A DNA stretch of 64,000 nucleotides, from positions 25,109-89,108 of the IMG/VR virus record IMGVR_UViG_3300030098_006058, one strand, 5' to 3'. Of this stretch, positions 21,196-34,000 are shown piece by piece. The DNA comes from a virus. The notes below the pieces were generated by a model, which searched no databases, had not been told where the DNA came from, and saw only the letters and a program-made list of their open reading frames with translations. A program made the translations under genes and the position numbers. Each line of letters opens with the position of its first letter. Positions within the stretch are counted from its first letter, which is position 1.

Positions 21196-23778
21196 ATGGC
21201 GAATAAAAAGAAAAAAAGTTTTTCATATGAATATGGTGGTAATTCTCTAGGAATGCCTAAATGGTCTCCTATGATGAAAGCAGAATATGGTTATGGTTCT
21301 AGTGGAGCAAATCAAGGTTTAGATTTGGTAACAAATAATATAGATAAATTTTTACCTCCTACAAATCCTCTTTCTATAGGATTAAAAGTACTTAATACTG
21401 GAATAGATATATTCAATGTACATAGAACAAACCAAAAAATAAAACAAGAAAAAAAGACATTAAATGAGAAAAGAGAATTAACTAATCTGTTAATGGATCC
21501 AGATTCTAATAAAGACTCATTAAATATGACTCAGGCTATAGCAGCTAATCAAAGTGATATTGCAAGGATAGAGAATCTAGAAGAACAAAATATGATGACA
21601 GATGCTATTTTACCAAATGCTAGGAATCTAGTTAATGCTGGATTAGGTACTGCAGGAGTTGATTATACAGCTGAAGGTTTTGATGAAAAAGAATTTGTAC
21701 AAGGTTTATTTGGTAATGCTGCTTATGGAGGATCTCAACAACCTACTGAAAACTATGAAGCAGAAGGAGGAGAAGTTATTCAACATGAACCTGGAAATCA
21801 GCCTGGAACAACAGGTAATATGAAAACTGTGGGTAATAATCCAACTTTATCTAAATTAGAAGGTAAGTCTCATAATCGAGGAGGAGAAGCTGTAAGTTCT
21901 GACGGAGATCAATATGTATATTCTAATAAATTAAAATCAGATGAATGGGGAATAACCTTTGCAGCAGCCGCAGAAAAAATAGCTAATAAAATAGAAAAAT
22001 TTGAAGAAGCAGCAAGTGATGGGGATAAGATAACAAAAGATACTGCTGCAGCTATGATTCAAGAATGGAATGGTAGGTTGCTTAAATTAAAAGAAGAACA
22101 AGAACGGAAGAGAGAAGAAAAATTTATGGAAATGTTACAGTCAGGTGCATCGATGGAAGAACTTTCACAGAATTTTCCTGATATACTTGAAAAGTTTATG
22201 CAAGAGAACTTAGATCCTCAACAACAATCTGGAGCTCCTCAGCCAGCTATGGATCAAGGTTTAGGAGAAGCAGAAGCTATGCTTCCACCTGAAATGAGAT
22301 ATGGTGGTAAAATGTATGAACATGGTGGACCACATGATGATGATCCATGGTTACCTAGAACAGATGTAGGTACAGATGCAACACAAGGACGTTTAACTGA
22401 AATGACTTTTTCAGGTTATGGTCAACCTTTAAATATATATTCAAATGATCCTAAAATGAGTGAATATCTTCAAGGATTATCAGGTACAGGAGATCAATTA
22501 GGCGCTAAATGGTGGGGAGGTCTTCCGCCAGATCTTAAAGCAAAAGCTCAAGACTTAGGTATTACTGGTTTAGGAAGCTTTGGTGATGATGTTAATCTTA
22601 TAACACAATTTGAACAAGCTGCTAATGAATTAGGATATGAGATGCCTATAGAAGAATTAGGTCAAGGTAAAGTTGGAGAATATATTCTAGGGGTTTCTGA
22701 TTGGTCCCCAACAACAACACCTTCTCTAGAAACAAAGGGATTTGAAGGATTTCCATCTAAAGAATTTACATTAAACCCTGATGATTTTAAAGTAGAGGAA
22801 GAAGAAGGTGGAAGAGAGAAATGGACAGCTCAACCTACTACAGATCCTTTATTTGGACCATTTCCTCCACAAAAAAGGCGTAATCCTATTGATTTTAGCT
22901 TTCTCAACACTAGGCGAAATATTGATTTAGGAGAAGGTAATGAAGATATATTTAATACAGGTACAGGAGAAGACAATGACCCTGAAACTGAAACTGAAAC
23001 TCCAAATAGAAAAAGTAGGATAAATATGCCGAATTTAAGGAACATTCTGAAAATGAAATTTACAAATCAGAAGAAAGAAGAAAATGCTGAGGATCCTACA
23101 AACACTAAAGAAAAAAGAGGATTTGATTGGACAGCTTTACAAAATATGAAATTATCACCGTGGTATAATTTATCAAAATCTAAAGAACCACTAACTCCTA
23201 GCCAGATGCGTCTTAATCCTTTCTATCATGAATTAACTACTAGAGAAGATAGAGATATAAATATACAACCGATATTAAATCGTAATTTAGATATGATGTA
23301 TACAAATCTAGATCTATCAAAAGACTTTACTGGCGGTTCAAGTAGTAGTATTATGTCTGCTTTTAATATGGCAGATCAAACAAGACAGCAAGGAGATAGT
23401 TCAGCTTGGGGTCAAAAATTATCAGGTGAAGCTCAAATAGAAGCTCAAAATGATGCAATGAAGATGGGGCTGGGAGAAGGCTTTGCAGCAGAACAAAGAA
23501 GAATAGATGAATTAATAGGTATGAAACAGGGTAAAAGACAAGAGTTTGAAAAAACTTTCTTTGAACAAATAGATGCAATGGGAGACTTAAATAGACAGGA
23601 AAGGAATATGAGGGCTCAAGATGAGATGCTAAGTAAAGTATTACAAAAAATTTACGGTATAAATTTAGCTGACTTTAAATCTAAATTTGGAGGATCTCCT
23701 CCTGAATATGATGTTAATCAGATAGATTGGAATGATCCAGAAATAATATCTCTTATAAAAAGTTTATTAAAAAATTAA
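21196..23778 (+). CDS. Virion cargo/ejection protein 1
   Basis: 860 aa, low complexity and coiled coil; EAEGGE...GKSHNRGG motif and repeated YGG motifs; first of three giant genes after the muzzle gene. Confidence 0.6.
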   Translation: MANKKKKSFSYEYGGNSLGMPKWSPMMKAEYGYGSSGANQGLDLVTNNIDKFLPPTNPLSIGLKVLNTGIDIFNVHRTNQKIKQEKKTLNEKRELTNLLMDPDSNKDSLNMTQAIAANQSDIARIENLEEQNMMTDAILPNARNLVNAGLGTAGVDYTAEGFDEKEFVQGLFGNAAYGGSQQPTENYEAEGGEVIQHEPGNQPGTTGNMKTVGNNPTLSKLEGKSHNRGGEAVSSDGDQYVYSNKLKSDEWGITFAAAAEKIANKIEKFEEAASDGDKITKDTAAAMIQEWNGRLLKLKEEQERKREEKFMEMLQSGASMEELSQNFPDILEKFMQENLDPQQQSGAPQPAMDQGLGEAEAMLPPEMRYGGKMYEHGGPHDDDPWLPRTDVGTDATQGRLTEMTFSGYGQPLNIYSNDPKMSEYLQGLSGTGDQLGAKWWGGLPPDLKAKAQDLGITGLGSFGDDVNLITQFEQAANELGYEMPIEELGQGKVGEYILGVSDWSPTTTPSLETKGFEGFPSKEFTLNPDDFKVEEEEGGREKWTAQPTTDPLFGPFPPQKRRNPIDFSFLNTRRNIDLGEGNEDIFNTGTGEDNDPETETETPNRKSRINMPNLRNILKMKFTNQKKEENAEDPTNTKEKRGFDWTALQNMKLSPWYNLSKSKEPLTPSQMRLNPFYHELTTREDRDINIQPILNRNLDMMYTNLDLSKDFTGGSSSSIMSAFNMADQTRQQGDSSAWGQKLSGEAQIEAQNDAMKMGLGEGFAAEQRRIDELIGMKQGKRQEFEKTFFEQIDAMGDLNRQERNMRAQDEMLSKVLQKIYGINLADFKSKFGGSPPEYDVNQIDWNDPEIISLIKSLLKN

Positions 23779-23781
23779 AAA

Positions 23782-26700
23782 ATGGCAATAAATCAACACA
23801 TGCAACCTGCACAAACTTCTTTGATGCAGACTTATGTACCTCTTCCTTTTAAAGAGTTAGCTATGGTCGGTGCGCATAATAAAGAAAAAAGTGATGAAGG
23901 TGAATTATTATATAATACATTAGATCAAAGTTTATTAAAAGTTAAAGCAAGAGGACATGCACATCAGCAGATATTATCCGATTATTCTAAAAATTTTGAT
24001 ACTCAATTAAGTAATATATATGATAAGCATGGTGGAGATTATATGAAAATGATACCAGATTTAAAGGTATTAAAAAATACATTAGCAAAAGATGTAACTC
24101 AAGGAAATCTTGCTACTATTATATCACAAGCTGAACAAGCTGGTTTACATGATGAAGGTCTAGTAGAATTAAAAGGAAAAGAGGGAGGAAAATATTATGA
24201 TGAAGATTTATATTGGCAAATTCCAGGGTCTGCAGGACGTGATTGGGTAGATGCTCAAATGTGGGGTCTGGTGGAAAATCCAAACCAAGAAGGAGTATGG
24301 GATTTTGATTTCCCTACAGGTTCTGAAAATCCTTATGTTACAGGAGAAGCTAAATTACCAACAGCTTATAGTTATAGCGGTCATCATCATGCAGCTCAAG
24401 AACATGATGAAACTAAAAAGGTATTTGATCCTATTAAAACAGAAGTACAGCAATTTGTTCAAGATGGGATGACTGTAGAAACACAAAGTAAAACTATAAA
24501 TAGAATTTATAAAGCAGCTATGAATGATTATGGTTCTTTATCTTCTAATTATAGATCTGAAATTGAATATTTAAACGGTTTAAATGAAGGAGCAGATCCG
24601 TCTCATCCAGTAGAGAAAGCTACAGAATTCTTAGATGTATATTATGAAGTTACAGGCTTTATGGATAATGGAGATCCAATATTTGGAGATTTATCGGGCC
24701 AAGATTTATTAGATAGACAACAACAATATAAAGATTATATAGAAGCGTTAACATTAGAAGATGGAACAACTCCATCAGATGTGGCTAGAAAATTAGCTAA
24801 TATCAATACAGTAGCACAATTAGGTGAAAAGTATGTATTAGGATCTACTAAAATAAAATCTGTTAGTGATTCTACAAAAGGTTTTAGTGTTAAAAGACCT
24901 GATAAAACTGTTGTCCAAATTTCTATGGATGGTTATGTTGAAAAGAATGCAATGCCTGTTATAACCGAGAAAGAGGGAGGAGCAACTTATGAACCTATTC
25001 ATGATGCATCTAACCCAGCTCTAGCTTTTAAAAATTATACAAGAGATTTATTTATTGAATACGAAAATATGTTTAAAATGTATTCACAGTATATGGAAAA
25101 TGAGGGATCAATGTCAGCAGAGATGAAGCAAGAAAAATTACAGCAATTACAAGATCTAGAATATCAAATAAGGGCTTATAAAAATGTTGAACATGATCTT
25201 TTACATGATACTGCATATGATATGGGCGTATTCGCTCGAATGGATTATGGTCCTGAAGGAGAATTTAAATTTCCTAATAGAATATGGGCTAAAAGAACGG
25301 AAGTAGGAAAAGAGCATTGGCAAGCATATGGTTATACAAATCTTTTCTTTGGTAAAGATGGAAAACCCGTTAGTTTGGATGAATTTATGAAGATACATGA
25401 TTATAAAAATGAAATGCAGGTTTATCTAGATATGGAAGAACATTTAGCAAAACAACTTGAAAATTATAAACCTAGTTTTTATTCTCAAAATATTCATGAT
25501 AAACAAAAGATGTCGGGAAGTGATCATATGCCAGTATCTATTATAGGTATGATGGTACATCCAGACTTCTATATTAACAATACAGATGTATTTGGTGATG
25601 ATAGATCTTTATGGAAGAATGCTGAAGATAGAATTAAAGAACAAAAATTATTTCAAGGTAGAGATATTAGAAAACGAATTGTAGATAGCTCAGGAGATGC
25701 AGATTTCGATGAACAAGTAGCAAAAGCTTTATTACCTATATTTGGTAATACAGGTTTACAATCTGTATTTAGAACTCCTGATGGTAAACAAGTATCCATA
25801 TCTGATTATTTTACCGAAGAATGGGGAGCTACACAATGGGGTGAATATTTAGAGGATATATCAGATAAAAATAAAGCTCAAAGTTTTTCAATTCAAGCAA
25901 CTCCTTCACATACTGTAAATAATAGTTCTCTGTATCCTGGAGGGTTTAAAGGTATGCTTAGTATTCCGACTGGTGGAAAACATAGGGGAGCTGATAGTGA
26001 AGATTCAACATTAAATCTTTTCTTTGATATGCCTGCTGAATATACAGAAAGAAAACTAACTATGTATCCTGATGGTACTTTATATAAAGATTATGGTTCA
26101 GATGGAGCTGCAGAATATTTAAGAGTTAATATGGAATATGCTGTACAATTAGATTTAGATGCAGCTTCTGATATTCCAGGAGATAGAATTCCTACTAAAA
26201 AACGAGGAATTCCAGGTGGGGCTATGTTTGAAACAGGAGAATATGATCCAAATGATACATACCCATTAGGTCATTGGTATTTTGAAACAAATCCAATAAC
26301 TGGTCAACCTCTTGTTAGTACTGATGGTACACAAATGGATCAATTTTTATTTAGACCTACAGAGGGTATGTTACTAGATGTAACATCTGATGGTACTCAT
26401 GTATACGCTACAGGAAATGAAGTATTTAATGCAGATACTCAATTACAAGAAGTATTCAATGTTTTTGCTCTAAATGATCCTAATAGTAAATGGGCATTTG
26501 ATATGATATTTGGAGGTAATGTATTAAATAATTCAGCAGATCAGCTAAAAGAACAATTTTCATATGAAGGAGGTATACCAGCAAAAGAAGATATTACGCA
26601 TATTATAGAAGATAAATCAGGTCAAAGAGTAGAATTTGAATTAGAGGAGGGTCAAACATTATATCCATCTCGTTATAAAAATAGCGAGGGTAATAATGTA

Positions 26701-28059
26701 AATTTAGTTGAGAATCCAGCGATAAACGAAGTTCGAAATGGCCAAGTTTGGCCTAATGCAGGCTATGAAGATTATGAGGGGGAAAATGCATTAGATGAAC
26801 CTCTTAAATTACCACTTTCTCATTTTCTACAGTCTACAAATCAGGAATTAAGAACAGTAGGTAGTGACTATTTAGATAATTTAGATTTAGATGTTTTATC
26901 TGGAGTAACAGTTACACTATCAAATGGTCAAACTGTAGATATAGCACAAGCACTTTCTGACGGTCGAATGACTATGGAATTTACTACTGGAGATGATCTT
27001 GAATTAGTTCAAAATAATTCTAATAGAGATTATAAAGAACAAGAAAAAATTTATAATGATGCAAAGAAAAAATGGGAAGATGGAGGAAAAGTTGGTAATA
27101 TAGGAGCAGAAAAACCAAATAGTTCATTCCATACACTAGGACAAGCTATTGATATTGCAGGGGGTGAGGGTATATATGATATTATACTTGTTGATCGTAC
27201 TGGATATGTTCCTGCTATTGCTCAAGATGATGTTCCTTGGCAGACAATGCCATCTAATAAAAGACACTTTTATGGAAAGAATTTTAGACCAGGAGTATGG
27301 ATAGGTCAAATAAAGCAACCAGAAAACTATGGATTTGTTGGTGACTATGTTGATGTTTTTGGAGATACATGGAATGTTCAAAAAGATGATGCACAAGAAT
27401 TTGCTAAACATGAAAAGAACAAAACAGGAGCTCTATATGCTTGGCCAGGTTATGCAGGTACACCGAAATCGATTAAGGATGATAGAAGACTGGGGATAGG
27501 ATATATTGATTATTGGGCTGAGGGATGGTATTCTCAAGAATATCTAGAAGATCTTAAAGCGCTCCATGGTGAAAAGGATTATGACTATCAAGTCTTCCCA
27601 ACAGGACTTGGAAAAACAAATCCAAATGATCCTTTTATACCTATAGGTACTAATGAAGCAGGTGGTTACATTTGGGGGGATGGTTTTTTTGGTGAGAATG
27701 ATTGGTTTGATTATAGAGGTGAGGGATATACCGCTGCGAGTCCTGGTTGGAATTCTGTACGTTTAGGTGATATTACAATTAATGGTACAAAACCTTTTAA
27801 AAATACTCAGAAAGAATTAACTAAATTAGTATTTGATGCATTGTGGGAAACAAAAAATAATGGAGATAATTCTGCAATATTACAAAAAATAGGGAAACCC
27901 GTTACAGATAAAACAATGAGTGAAAATCCATTAGAGAAACTATATTTTAAATACAGTGATTTAGATTTTGGTCAGATGCCAGGAGAATGGTGGCACTGGT
28001 CAGTTGGAGAAAATAGAGATTGGAATAGTACTATAAAATATCCAGATTGGGTCGAATAA
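23782..28059 (+). CDS. Virion cargo protein with C-terminal M15-family (VanY-like) peptidase motifs
   Basis: N-terminal TYVPLPF; SNRDYKEQEKIY, SFHTLGQAID (SxHxxGxAxD) and EWWH. Confidence 0.7.
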   Translation: MAINQHMQPAQTSLMQTYVPLPFKELAMVGAHNKEKSDEGELLYNTLDQSLLKVKARGHAHQQILSDYSKNFDTQLSNIYDKHGGDYMKMIPDLKVLKNTLAKDVTQGNLATIISQAEQAGLHDEGLVELKGKEGGKYYDEDLYWQIPGSAGRDWVDAQMWGLVENPNQEGVWDFDFPTGSENPYVTGEAKLPTAYSYSGHHHAAQEHDETKKVFDPIKTEVQQFVQDGMTVETQSKTINRIYKAAMNDYGSLSSNYRSEIEYLNGLNEGADPSHPVEKATEFLDVYYEVTGFMDNGDPIFGDLSGQDLLDRQQQYKDYIEALTLEDGTTPSDVARKLANINTVAQLGEKYVLGSTKIKSVSDSTKGFSVKRPDKTVVQISMDGYVEKNAMPVITEKEGGATYEPIHDASNPALAFKNYTRDLFIEYENMFKMYSQYMENEGSMSAEMKQEKLQQLQDLEYQIRAYKNVEHDLLHDTAYDMGVFARMDYGPEGEFKFPNRIWAKRTEVGKEHWQAYGYTNLFFGKDGKPVSLDEFMKIHDYKNEMQVYLDMEEHLAKQLENYKPSFYSQNIHDKQKMSGSDHMPVSIIGMMVHPDFYINNTDVFGDDRSLWKNAEDRIKEQKLFQGRDIRKRIVDSSGDADFDEQVAKALLPIFGNTGLQSVFRTPDGKQVSISDYFTEEWGATQWGEYLEDISDKNKAQSFSIQATPSHTVNNSSLYPGGFKGMLSIPTGGKHRGADSEDSTLNLFFDMPAEYTERKLTMYPDGTLYKDYGSDGAAEYLRVNMEYAVQLDLDAASDIPGDRIPTKKRGIPGGAMFETGEYDPNDTYPLGHWYFETNPITGQPLVSTDGTQMDQFLFRPTEGMLLDVTSDGTHVYATGNEVFNADTQLQEVFNVFALNDPNSKWAFDMIFGGNVLNNSADQLKEQFSYEGGIPAKEDITHIIEDKSGQRVEFELEEGQTLYPSRYKNSEGNNVNLVENPAINEVRNGQVWPNAGYEDYEGENALDEPLKLPLSHFLQSTNQELRTVGSDYLDNLDLDVLSGVTVTLSNGQTVDIAQALSDGRMTMEFTTGDDLELVQNNSNRDYKEQEKIYNDAKKKWEDGGKVGNIGAEKPNSSFHTLGQAIDIAGGEGIYDIILVDRTGYVPAIAQDDVPWQTMPSNKRHFYGKNFRPGVWIGQIKQPENYGFVGDYVDVFGDTWNVQKDDAQEFAKHEKNKTGALYAWPGYAGTPKSIKDDRRLGIGYIDYWAEGWYSQEYLEDLKALHGEKDYDYQVFPTGLGKTNPNDPFIPIGTNEAGGYIWGDGFFGENDWFDYRGEGYTAASPGWNSVRLGDITINGTKPFKNTQKELTKLVFDALWETKNNGDNSAILQKIGKPVTDKTMSENPLEKLYFKYSDLDFGQMPGEWWHWSVGENRDWNSTIKYPDWVE

Positions 28060-28068
28060 TTATTACAA

Positions 28069-31000
28069 ATGAGTGAGAAAACATCAGCATTAAAGGGTAT
28101 ATTTTCAAATACCTCTACAGAATTAGATCCGGGTACGAATTTACCTAAGAGCCCTACTAAAGGTCCTAACGACCCTCCTATTGCTCCTCCCAAAGGTGCT
28201 AAAAGGTATAATAGAGGAGGATCTAATTCTAATTTATGGGGAGATGGTGTAAATAGTGTATCTGATATATTTAAAATCCCTTCTGAAACAGGTAAGATGG
28301 GAACTCCCCCAACAATATTTCCAGGTCCTAGTTATTACGATTTACCGGATGTAGATTTTGATATATACGATAGAGGGACTACTCTTCAACGAAGAGCTAG
28401 TAGGCAAGGTGTAGGAGAACAAATACTAGGAGCTTTGAATCAAGCAGTATTTGGAGAAGTTTTAGGAGGAACTATTGAAGCTCTGGGAGCCTTAGCAGAT
28501 TTTGCATGGGGTGGAATAGGTGAAACGTATGGTAACTGGATGACTGAATTAGGATCTGATATAAGAAATTTTACAAAAGAGATTACTCCTATTTATCAAA
28601 TGTATCCAGGAATGGCTTGGAATCCGTCTGATTCTGGATGGTGGGCTCAAAATGCAGTATCTGTAGCATCTACACTATCATTACTTATTCCTGCTAGAGG
28701 AGTTCAAGTAGCGGGAGGAAAACTTATGATGGGAATTGCTAAGGGTACAAAGAAAATTAATAAGGCTAAAAAAGGAACTAAACTTCATAACTTCGCTAAA
28801 AAAATTGAAAATGCAGCGCACGGTACAAAATGGACTAGAGCTGCAGGTACGGCTGTATTAGGAGGTACTGCTAGTAGATTTATGGAAAATTATAGAGAAG
28901 CTGCAGAAACTGGAGTACATTCTCTTGAAAAAAATCTAAAATTTTTATCTGATCCGGAAAATCTAGAAGAGTTTTTAAATAGTGAAGAAGGTCAGATATT
29001 TTTAGAAGAAACAGGAATTACAAGAAATGATCCTAATATCGTAACTAAAGCTGCACAATATGCTTCCGGAAAAGCTGCATCGCATGCATTTAAAATAGAT
29101 TGGGCTAACTGGGCTTTTGATGTATTTCAATACGGTCTTATGTTTTCTCCTGGGTTATTTGGAAAGATAGGAACACGTACCGGAAAAGGTTCTTCTGCTG
29201 CAACGAAAGCTCAACAAGGATTTTTAAAGGCTCCAAAAAAAGTTAAATCACCTAGATTTGGAAGACTAGGTGCTGCATTTAATTGGACTGTTAAAAAAGG
29301 TAAACCTTTTGCTAAATGGGCTGCATGGTCTGCTACAGAGGGTGTAGAAGAGATGGTTAACTATATTGGTATGCAAGAAGGTATTCGAAGAGGTGATTTA
29401 ATATTAGGTAATACAGGATATACTAATAAAGAATATATAGAATCTGATGACTTTTTAGGACGTTTAGATCACTATATGGAACAAGGTGGATTTTGGACAT
29501 CCGCTATGTGGGGTGCGATAGGTGGAGGTATATTTACCGGGGTTGCAGGTATTAGAAATAGAAATTATCATAAAAAATTAGCAGAACAAAAAGTACAAGA
29601 AATTGGAGAAAGAACAGCGTTAATTACTGAATTAATGCAAGAAAGACAAAGATATGAAGCAATAGGAGATATTGACGGTATGAGAAAGATCGATCAACAA
29701 CTTGCTATTGAATTGGCGTTAAAAGCTGCAGCTGTAGGAAATGTAGACTTATTATTAGAAATGATTAATGACCCTATGATGGATGAAGCTTTAGAGTCAG
29801 GGGGAATGAAAAAAGAAGATATACAAGCTAAAAAGAAAGAAATAATAGAAACTGTTGAGCTAGTTGAGAAATTATATAATTCTAGAATGAATACCCTAAC
29901 AGGGGATAAATATAGTGATGCATTAGGAGCATCTATTGTTAGAATGGAAATGAATATTTCTATGTATCAAAATCTTATTGATGAGATAAATAAACGTATA
30001 GAAGCAGGAGAAACATCAGATGTTGTTTTACAAGATGGTTTTAAAATTGGGTCTAATACTAAAAATAGATATGATTTACAAAGAAAAATACAAGAAGTAA
30101 ATAAAGTACTTCAAATGTTTGAACAAATTAGGTCTGGTCTAGAAAAAGCAAATGCTGAAGCCGGAACTTCTGAAAAAGATAAACAACAAAATAGTTTAGC
30201 TTTAGAAGAAACTAATAAGCAGATAGAAAAATATAAACAACAATTATCAGAGCTTGAAAAGAAATCAACTCTTGCTAAAAAAGATTCTCAAGATAATTAT
30301 GATGCGGGAGTATATAAACAAGAAGAAGACTTTTTAAAGAAAGTCCAAGAGATGGATCAAAGAGGGCTAGCAGAAAAGAAAGCTTTATATACAAATTTAC
30401 GGGATTTAAGTTGGGAACAACTCAATAGATTATTATCAGGAGAAACAACATTAATAGATAAAGATAAAAAAGAAGTAGGAAAAGCAAGTGTTCCAAAAAC
30501 TGAACAAGAGGTTATAGAAGATTCTTTAGGGACAGGTACAGAACAGGCTAAACAATCAGCTCAAACAAGAGCAAAAATACAAGATTTAAGAAACTTTATA
30601 ATAAAAAATAAACCAAGTTTAAAAGCTCTTGATGATTTTATTGCACAATATCCTACTGATCAAGAGTTTCAAAGAGTAGCCGCATTAGCTAGAGAAGCTT
30701 ATGCGCAATATAAAAATGAACAAGATTTTCGTGATAAAAATGACAGCTTTAGATCTAAATTAAAGAAAGTTATTAAAAAGGAAACAGACGAAATAAAAGA
30801 TTATATTGATGAAGCTAATAAGAAATTTTTAGAAGAATTAGATAAACTTACTAAACCTAAAACATCTATGAAAGATGTACGTAAAGGTGTTGAAACAGAG
30901 ATTTGGTATAGAAATTGGATAGAAAATGGAGCTCTTAGAACTTATGGTATTAAAGAATCTCAGGATTATTTAATTAATGAATTATTTGATGAATTTACAC

Positions 31001-34000
31001 CGGTTATTTCTGTTGTTTGGAAAGGAAAAGTAGGTTCTTTATTTATAGACCCAGAAACTAATGAATATATTTTTAGACATGGAAGATCTGGAAAAGAAAC
31101 AATTATACCTGTAGAGCCAGAAACTGCTTCAAATAAATATAGGAACTCTAAAGGACAGTATACTAAAGGAGCTACTTTACGTCATTTAGATATGAGATTA
31201 TTAAAGAATTCATATCTAAATATGAGTATTATAGCAGATGGTAGAACTATTATGATTAATGGTGAATACTATAATATATTAGATTCTGATCCTTCATCAG
31301 CAATTAAATATAATAAAAAAACAGCTGAAGTTTTAGGAGTACATTTAACTAAATGGGATGGAACAAAAGTTTTCATTACTACTCCTGGCCTTAAATATGA
31401 GATAGCTAATATAATTGAAACTTTGGAAGCTGTTAAAAGAATTCAGTTTAAAAACTTAGTGCAAAATGATTTTATGATCATTGAACATGAGGGTACAGAA
31501 TATATAGTTCAATATGAAAATGCTGGAATGAAAGGTTTATTCCAGGATTACCAAGAATTAACAGTTAGATTAGAAGATGGTACTCCAGCTTCTTCCGATA
31601 TAAAGAAAGAAGTTTTAAAAATCGCTAATCAAAATCTTACAAAAGCAATAGAACAAGAAATTAATAATATTAAAGTTAAATATAATGAAGCTAGAACATC
31701 TAATAATGTTACTCCCGCCAAAAATACAGAAACAACTCTTGAGTCTACACCCGAACAAGAGGGCAAAATTTCTGAGGACCCAGGGAAGGTCAAACAAATT
31801 ACGCAATCCGAAATAAATTCAGAGAAAATAGAAGAATCTTCTGAAGGAAAAAAGGAAGAATTAAATACAAAAGAAGAAAAAGATTTAGCGAACGGTGCAC
31901 GTAATAGTATTGAACAAAATTCCTCTTCAATTACTGAAGAAGAAAATCAAAAGAATACAAAAGAAGAAGAGACACAGAATAAAGAACAAACGAAAAAAAA
32001 GCTAGAAGAGGTTATAGGCTTAGGCTCACAGCATGAATCAAATGAAAGTACTACACCTGAAGATGAGATGAATAAAGATCAAAATACTTTAGGATTAATT
32101 TCTTCTCCAACTGATACAGATCCAGATAATTTAGATGCACAATATCCATCAGGTTTTATTACAGAAATGGCCTGGATTAATATAGGAACAAAAGAAAATC
32201 CTTTAATTGTTAATTTACTTGATGGTAATGGTAATTTAATTGGAAATAGAATAGGTATTGGAACTGTTCCTTATATAGATAAGACTATAGAAGAAATGTC
32301 TAATCTTGAGAAGAGTTTATTAGAAGCAGGAAATGCTCGTATTGTAAAACTATATCATTGGAAACCTGTAGAATCAAATGTTGATGGTGTAATGACAGTT
32401 TTAACTGAAGGAAGTCGAGCTATTGTAGATGAATCTCAATTAAAAGAATTAACTAATGACGAAGGAAAGCCATTATTTAGAATATGGAAAACCAATACAG
32501 TAAAAGTAAGTGATTATATATCAACAGATGTATTAAATAGTCCTAAATTTGGGGTAGGGACTAAAATTATTTTAAGAGTTGAACCAAATGATCAATTCTT
32601 CTCATCAAATGAACCTAATAAAGTAACTATTACATTAAGATTAGCATCTAATCCATCTATTATTTTAACTAAAAGACAAGGAGTTTTTGAACAAGATGGA
32701 GAACTTTATGATCAAGTAAAGTCAATGTTAGAATCGGGAGATATTAAAGATATAGAAGCCGAAGTAACTGGAAAAACAAATGGATATGTTATCAATATTA
32801 AAAGGAATGGAAAATCAGTTGAATCTAGTTTAAATACTTTAGAAGGACAATTTCCTTTAATATTAGGTTATGCTCAAGGAGATGTTATGAGAATTGAAGG
32901 AGAAGAATATCAAGATATTATAGTTCCAGATAGTCCTTATTATGAGTCTGGTGCTACTTATTTAATTATACCTGCATCTAATGGAACATATATACCAGTC
33001 AGGTTAAATACACAAAAATTAACAGATTTTGCAGCTGAAAAAGTGTTAGAAATAATATTATCTGAGATTACAAATCCTGAACAAAAAAGAGCGCAAGTTA
33101 ATAAAATTGTTAATGTTTATTCTAAAGTTACTAGTGATAAGGTATTGGCTTTAGATAATTATGAATTTAAATTTAAATATGGTGATTTTAATATTGGTAT
33201 ACAATATAATATAGAAGGAAGCGGTAAAAACGCTAAAAACAATTTAAAAAATGCAATAGAAGGTAAACCTTTTCATTTCAAATTATATGATGAATTTGGT
33301 CTTCAAGTTAGTAAAGGAGAGTTTAAAGATGGAGATACTATAAAACAAAAAACATTAAGAGAATCTTCAGAATTAAATATAAATGAAAACGGTCCTATAA
33401 AAGAGGCTATTATAGAACATTTAAAAACTAAATATTATAATATTCAAAAAAATGAATTAAATAGTGACCAAAAATTTATATCTCCCCTAAAAGATGGTAA
33501 AGTATATAAAAATTACTTAGAGTATTTATCAGACCCAGAATTAAAAATAATAACTCATGATATTCCAAGCGGATCTCAAACAAAATTCTTTAATACAAAA
33601 GTATTTTTTAAACTTACATCTAAACCAATTAAAGCTACTTCTAAAAAGAAGAGTGCACCCTCTTTCCTTAGTTCAAGTGACAAAAAAGTTATTAATAGTG
33701 TAGAAACTGAAAATGAAAATATTTCTGAAATTCCTACTGAATATGATGAAGTAAAAGGAAAAGTAAAAAAATCAGGTCGAAGAAAATACACTGTTACAGA
33801 ACAAACAGATAATAGTCAAAGAAATCCTAATATTGAGACATTTGATCCAACAAAATTAGCAGGTATCCCGAAAGATAGTACTGTAGAAAGTTCAGATAAT
33901 TTATCTGATAACGAGAATAATATTATATCAGATAAATCTGAAGAAAGAAAAAATAATAAAAGTGATGATAATTTTGATGTTCAATTAAGACAAAGATATG

